DNA from: Euryarchaeota archaeon UBA256
GTDB lineage: Archaea > Thermoplasmatota > Poseidoniia > Poseidoniales > Poseidoniaceae
Length of the DNA: 64,000 nucleotides
Direction: 5' to 3'
Assembly (NCBI GenBank): GCA_002494645.1
Contig: DACE01000010.1
Span: 80,559 to 144,558 of the forward strand
The translations under genes were made by a program, and so were the position numbers. Positions 61,156 to 64,000 of this stretch are shown here, piece after piece. Below the pieces are notes generated by a model. It worked only from the letters and a program-made list of their open reading frames with translations. It was not told the DNA's origin and did not search any database. How positions within the stretch are numbered: the stretch's first letter is position 1; the number at the start of each line of letters is the position of its first letter.

Positions 61156-61216
61156 GGTAGGTTCAAAAAGAGTAGGCCGCTCGGCTACTTGCGAATTACC
61201 TTCGCAGGTGCCAATC

Positions 61217-61468
61217 ATGGTCAAGCCAGCACGACTCCACACACGATTTGAACGAGCACGAATTATTGGCGCACGCGCCCTCCAAATTGGAATGGGTGCT
61301 CCACTCTATGCTACCGAGGAAGTCCTTCGTGATGAATTCAAAGAAGAGCTGGTCTCGCTTTACGGTCTTGAAGAGGCTGCGATCCGTTTCGTTCTTGACC
61401 CTCTCAAAATCGCTCTCTATGAATATGAGAATCATTTGATTCCCATCGACATCGACCCTCACGAATGA
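61217..61468 (+). CDS. rpoK: RNA polymerase subunit K (Rpo6)
   Basis: [21 protein letters not shown]...DPLKIALYE...IPI. Confidence 0.95.
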   Translation: MVKPARLHTRFERARIIGARALQIGMGAPLYATEEVLRDEFKEELVSLYGLEEAAIRFVLDPLKIALYEYENHLIPIDIDPHE

Positions 61469-62565
61469 GGAGAACCATCTGAAGAAAAGCCGTAGAATTC
61501 GGCTTGCTCCACATCGGGTAATCTTTCACGTTTCACCAAAAGGGTTCGAACCGCCCACAGGTCAACAAATACACGGTATTTGGTCGTAGCATCGAGGTAA
61601 TCAACACCGCTCGACCCCCCTGTGCCCATGCGGCGCCCAATCATCCGTTCAACCATGCGTGCGTGATGGGTTCTGAACAACAACATCGATTGTTCCAGTT
61701 CAACAAAACTGTCGATGAGGCGGCGTGGCCAGGATAGAAGAGGCAAATCCCGATATGATTCAATGAAGAGGAGTCCTGCACGTGCTCTGTTGAGCACGCC
61801 ATCTTGCAATAGGAAGGCCTCTGCCCCAGTCCGGCTGGACTCGATTCGTGGACGAACGCTCGCCTCGTCTCCATGCCCAATAGCAACCATGTGAGCAATA
61901 ACTTCCTCTCCATGAATTTGCATGGCTTCAAGATGACCTGCAACGTAGGCCATTACTGATTCTTGATCGCCCTGAGTTTCGGGAGTTGAACCATGGATTG
62001 GCGTTCTGGCCAACCATGCAATCAACGCATCGTTGAGTGAAGGGGACTCATGCGTGCTGTGGAAATCCTGGAGGGCTTGTTGTGGGACTTTTCCTTCCCC
62101 AGCGAGTTTCTCCATGTGGGCCAGGGGGTCCATTCCACCGACACGCTGCTCTTGTTCCAGACCGAGGAGGACTTCGAGTTCCCTCATTTGCCAGGATTCA
62201 AATCCGGAAGAGGTACCCAATCGGTCTCTGAAGGCCAAAAAATCCTGGGGCGCGAGAGTTTCCATGACTTTCCACTGGTCTGCCAGAAGGCGAAAGATTT
62301 CACTGACGCGTTCAAGATGTCGTACAATCTTGGGGATAGCGTGCTCTTCCACTTTTTGTTGAGCAAGCAGGTCTCTCGCTTCTTTGAGTTCCCTGAGAAT
62401 TAACTTAAACCAGAGTTCAAAGGTCTGGTGGACCACAATGAAATGCAGTTCATCATGCGATGGCGCCGGCAGATAGCCATCGGGTCCATCCTGCAATGAC
62501 AATAAGGATTCAAGTTGAAGGTAATTCCCGTAGGTCATCCGATGAGAGGGGGCGTTGCCGACCAT
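61459..62565 (-). CDS. kynA: Tryptophan 2,3-dioxygenase
   Basis: [56 protein letters not shown]. Confidence 0.94.
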   Translation of the reverse strand: MVGNAPSHRMTYGNYLQLESLLSLQDGPDGYLPAPSHDELHFIVVHQTFELWFKLILRELKEARDLLAQQKVEEHAIPKIVRHLERVSEIFRLLADQWKVMETLAPQDFLAFRDRLGTSSGFESWQMRELEVLLGLEQEQRVGGMDPLAHMEKLAGEGKVPQQALQDFHSTHESPSLNDALIAWLARTPIHGSTPETQGDQESVMAYVAGHLEAMQIHGEEVIAHMVAIGHGDEASVRPRIESSRTGAEAFLLQDGVLNRARAGLLFIESYRDLPLLSWPRRLIDSFVELEQSMLLFRTHHARMVERMIGRRMGTGGSSGVDYLDATTKYRVFVDLWAVRTLLVKRERLPDVEQAEFYGFSSDGSPHS

Positions 62566-62726
62566 GATGTGTCATGCGACAGGAGCCCCATGAACCCTTC
62601 ACTCCTTTCGTCAATCTCAACGACCTCAAACGATGATGTTCTAATCCCTCATAGGCTGATTCCAACGGACATTCGATTAAGCAAAGACGACATAACCCTC
62701 ATAGAGCGAATACGAAACCCCTCCTT

Positions 62727-63839
62727 ATGGGCGTACCTATAGAAGCAGTGCGAAATTGGCTCGCCGACTACGACAAAGATGCCATTACCATTGGAGTAGT
62801 TGCCTCGCACTCCTCGCTTCAAATCCTTCATGGCGCACGTCAAGAGGGCTTCAAAACCCTCGGAATTGCGGTAGGAGAGAACCGACGCCGCTTCTACAAA
62901 GCCTTCCCCGGTGCAGACCCCGACGAATGGCTGATGCTGGATGACTACCGTGAAATGCTTGACCATGCAGAATGGTTCCGCGAAAAGAACGTCATTCTTG
63001 TTCCTCATGGGTCCCTCGTTGAATATCTTGGTGCCACGAATTTTAGAAGTTTGAACGTCCCAACCTTCGGCAACCGTAACATCTTGCACTGGGAAAGCAG
63101 TCGAGCCCTGCAGCGCCAATGGTTAGAAAGCGGAGGTTGTACCATGCCACAAGTGATTGAAGATCCGCACAAGATTGCAGGGCCCGTGATTGTCAAGTAT
63201 GCAGGGGCGAAGGGTGGAAGAGGATACTTCATTGCCAGAGATTACCGTGATTTCCGCCGAAACGTGGACATTGAAGAAGAATTTACCATCCAAGAATACG
63301 TGCTTGGGTGCCGGTATTATCTTCATTTCTTTTTCGACCCCCTTTCCAAGGATGGTTACCAAGTCCAAGGACGAGGGCCACATGCTGGAAAATCATTGGG
63401 GCGTCTTGAATTGCTCTCAATGGACCGTCGTGACGAGAGCAACGTTGATGAATTTTACAAATTGGGTTCTCTACGTGACCTCCGTGAAATGTCACTCGAA
63501 CCCTCCTTTGTCGTCACAGGAAACCAGCCTGTGGTCATCCGTGAATCATTGTTGCCAAAGGCCTTCGAGATGGCTGAAGGAACGGTCGCTGCATCCTACA
63601 ACCTCGAAGAGGAATCCCGCGGGATGCTAGGCCCCTTCTGTCTTGAGACCATCGTGACAGACCAACTTGAATTCAAGGTGTTTGAAATCAGCGCACGGAT
63701 TGTAGCGGGTTCCAATCCTTTCATCGGAGGATCGCCTTACTCAGACATCAACGAACCGTTCATGTCAACCGGACGTCGAATTGCTCGCTCCATCAAAAAG
63801 GCGCTGGAAGCAGGCCGCCTGGATGAAATCGTCTCGTGA
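62727..63839 (+). CDS. purP: PurP-family ATP-grasp enzyme (FAICAR synthetase)
   Basis: ASHSSLQI..GA..EGF, VPHGS, FGNR, AKGGRGYF, DRRDESNVD, RESLL, GPFCLE, FEISARI, MSTGRRIA. Confidence 0.92.
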   Translation: MGVPIEAVRNWLADYDKDAITIGVVASHSSLQILHGARQEGFKTLGIAVGENRRRFYKAFPGADPDEWLMLDDYREMLDHAEWFREKNVILVPHGSLVEYLGATNFRSLNVPTFGNRNILHWESSRALQRQWLESGGCTMPQVIEDPHKIAGPVIVKYAGAKGGRGYFIARDYRDFRRNVDIEEEFTIQEYVLGCRYYLHFFFDPLSKDGYQVQGRGPHAGKSLGRLELLSMDRRDESNVDEFYKLGSLRDLREMSLEPSFVVTGNQPVVIRESLLPKAFEMAEGTVAASYNLEEESRGMLGPFCLETIVTDQLEFKVFEISARIVAGSNPFIGGSPYSDINEPFMSTGRRIARSIKKALEAGRLDEIVS

Positions 63840-63845
63840 TGAGAT

Positions 63846-64000
63846 TCAATCTTCATCGGCCTGTTCGTCCATCAGGGCATCAAGGTCAGGTGCACCGGGA
63901 AGAACATCTTCTTGCTCGGTATCAACTTCATCAGAATGAAGGTCTTCTGTCTCATTTTGGCCCGAAGTTCCCTGTTCTGCCAAGCGAAGCTCCTCTTCGA
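63846..64000 (-). CDS. Acidic C-terminal end of a gene running in from beyond the window
   Basis: Open frame EEELRLAEQG...DALMDEQADED* ending at TGA 63848-63846. Confidence 0.6.
   Translation of the reverse strand, partial: EEELRLAEQGTSGQNETEDLHSDEVDTEQEDVLPGAPDLDALMDEQADED

Overview
This 64 kb window is gene-dense archaeal core chromosome. The gene content fits Marine Group II Euryarchaeota (Poseidoniales, Thermoplasmatota), which is an inference: archaeal informational genes (cdc6/orc1, rps6e, aIF2-gamma, dph2, rpoK, purP, A-type ATP synthase operon) sit beside bacterial-type genes (gyrB, class II CCA enzyme, class II HMG-CoA reductase, nadB, kynA, ctaA/ctaB) and large acidic secreted PKD/Ig proteins. 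It also holds an smc-scpA-scpB operon and one tRNA-Ser(GCT). I saw no CRISPR array, transposase or integrase. The most interesting observations are: (1) a 240-bp intergenic region (28713-28952) with a close match to the bacterial dif/cer Xer site and a helically phased TTAAC/GCGTTA repeat array, directly upstream of a degenerate AAA+/wHTH operon and one gene from smc-scpAB; (2) a secreted glutaminyl-cyclase-like enzyme divergent from a secreted protease whose predicted mature N-terminus is Gln (possible archaeal Q-rule); (3) a KaiC triad that resembles split CI/CII domains; and (4) several pseudo-enzymes or unusual fusions (Tmk-wHTH, membrane-anchored Smr domain, minimal SerK, lysine-less GcvH, dead M50). 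All calls come from motifs read by eye; no database searches were run.
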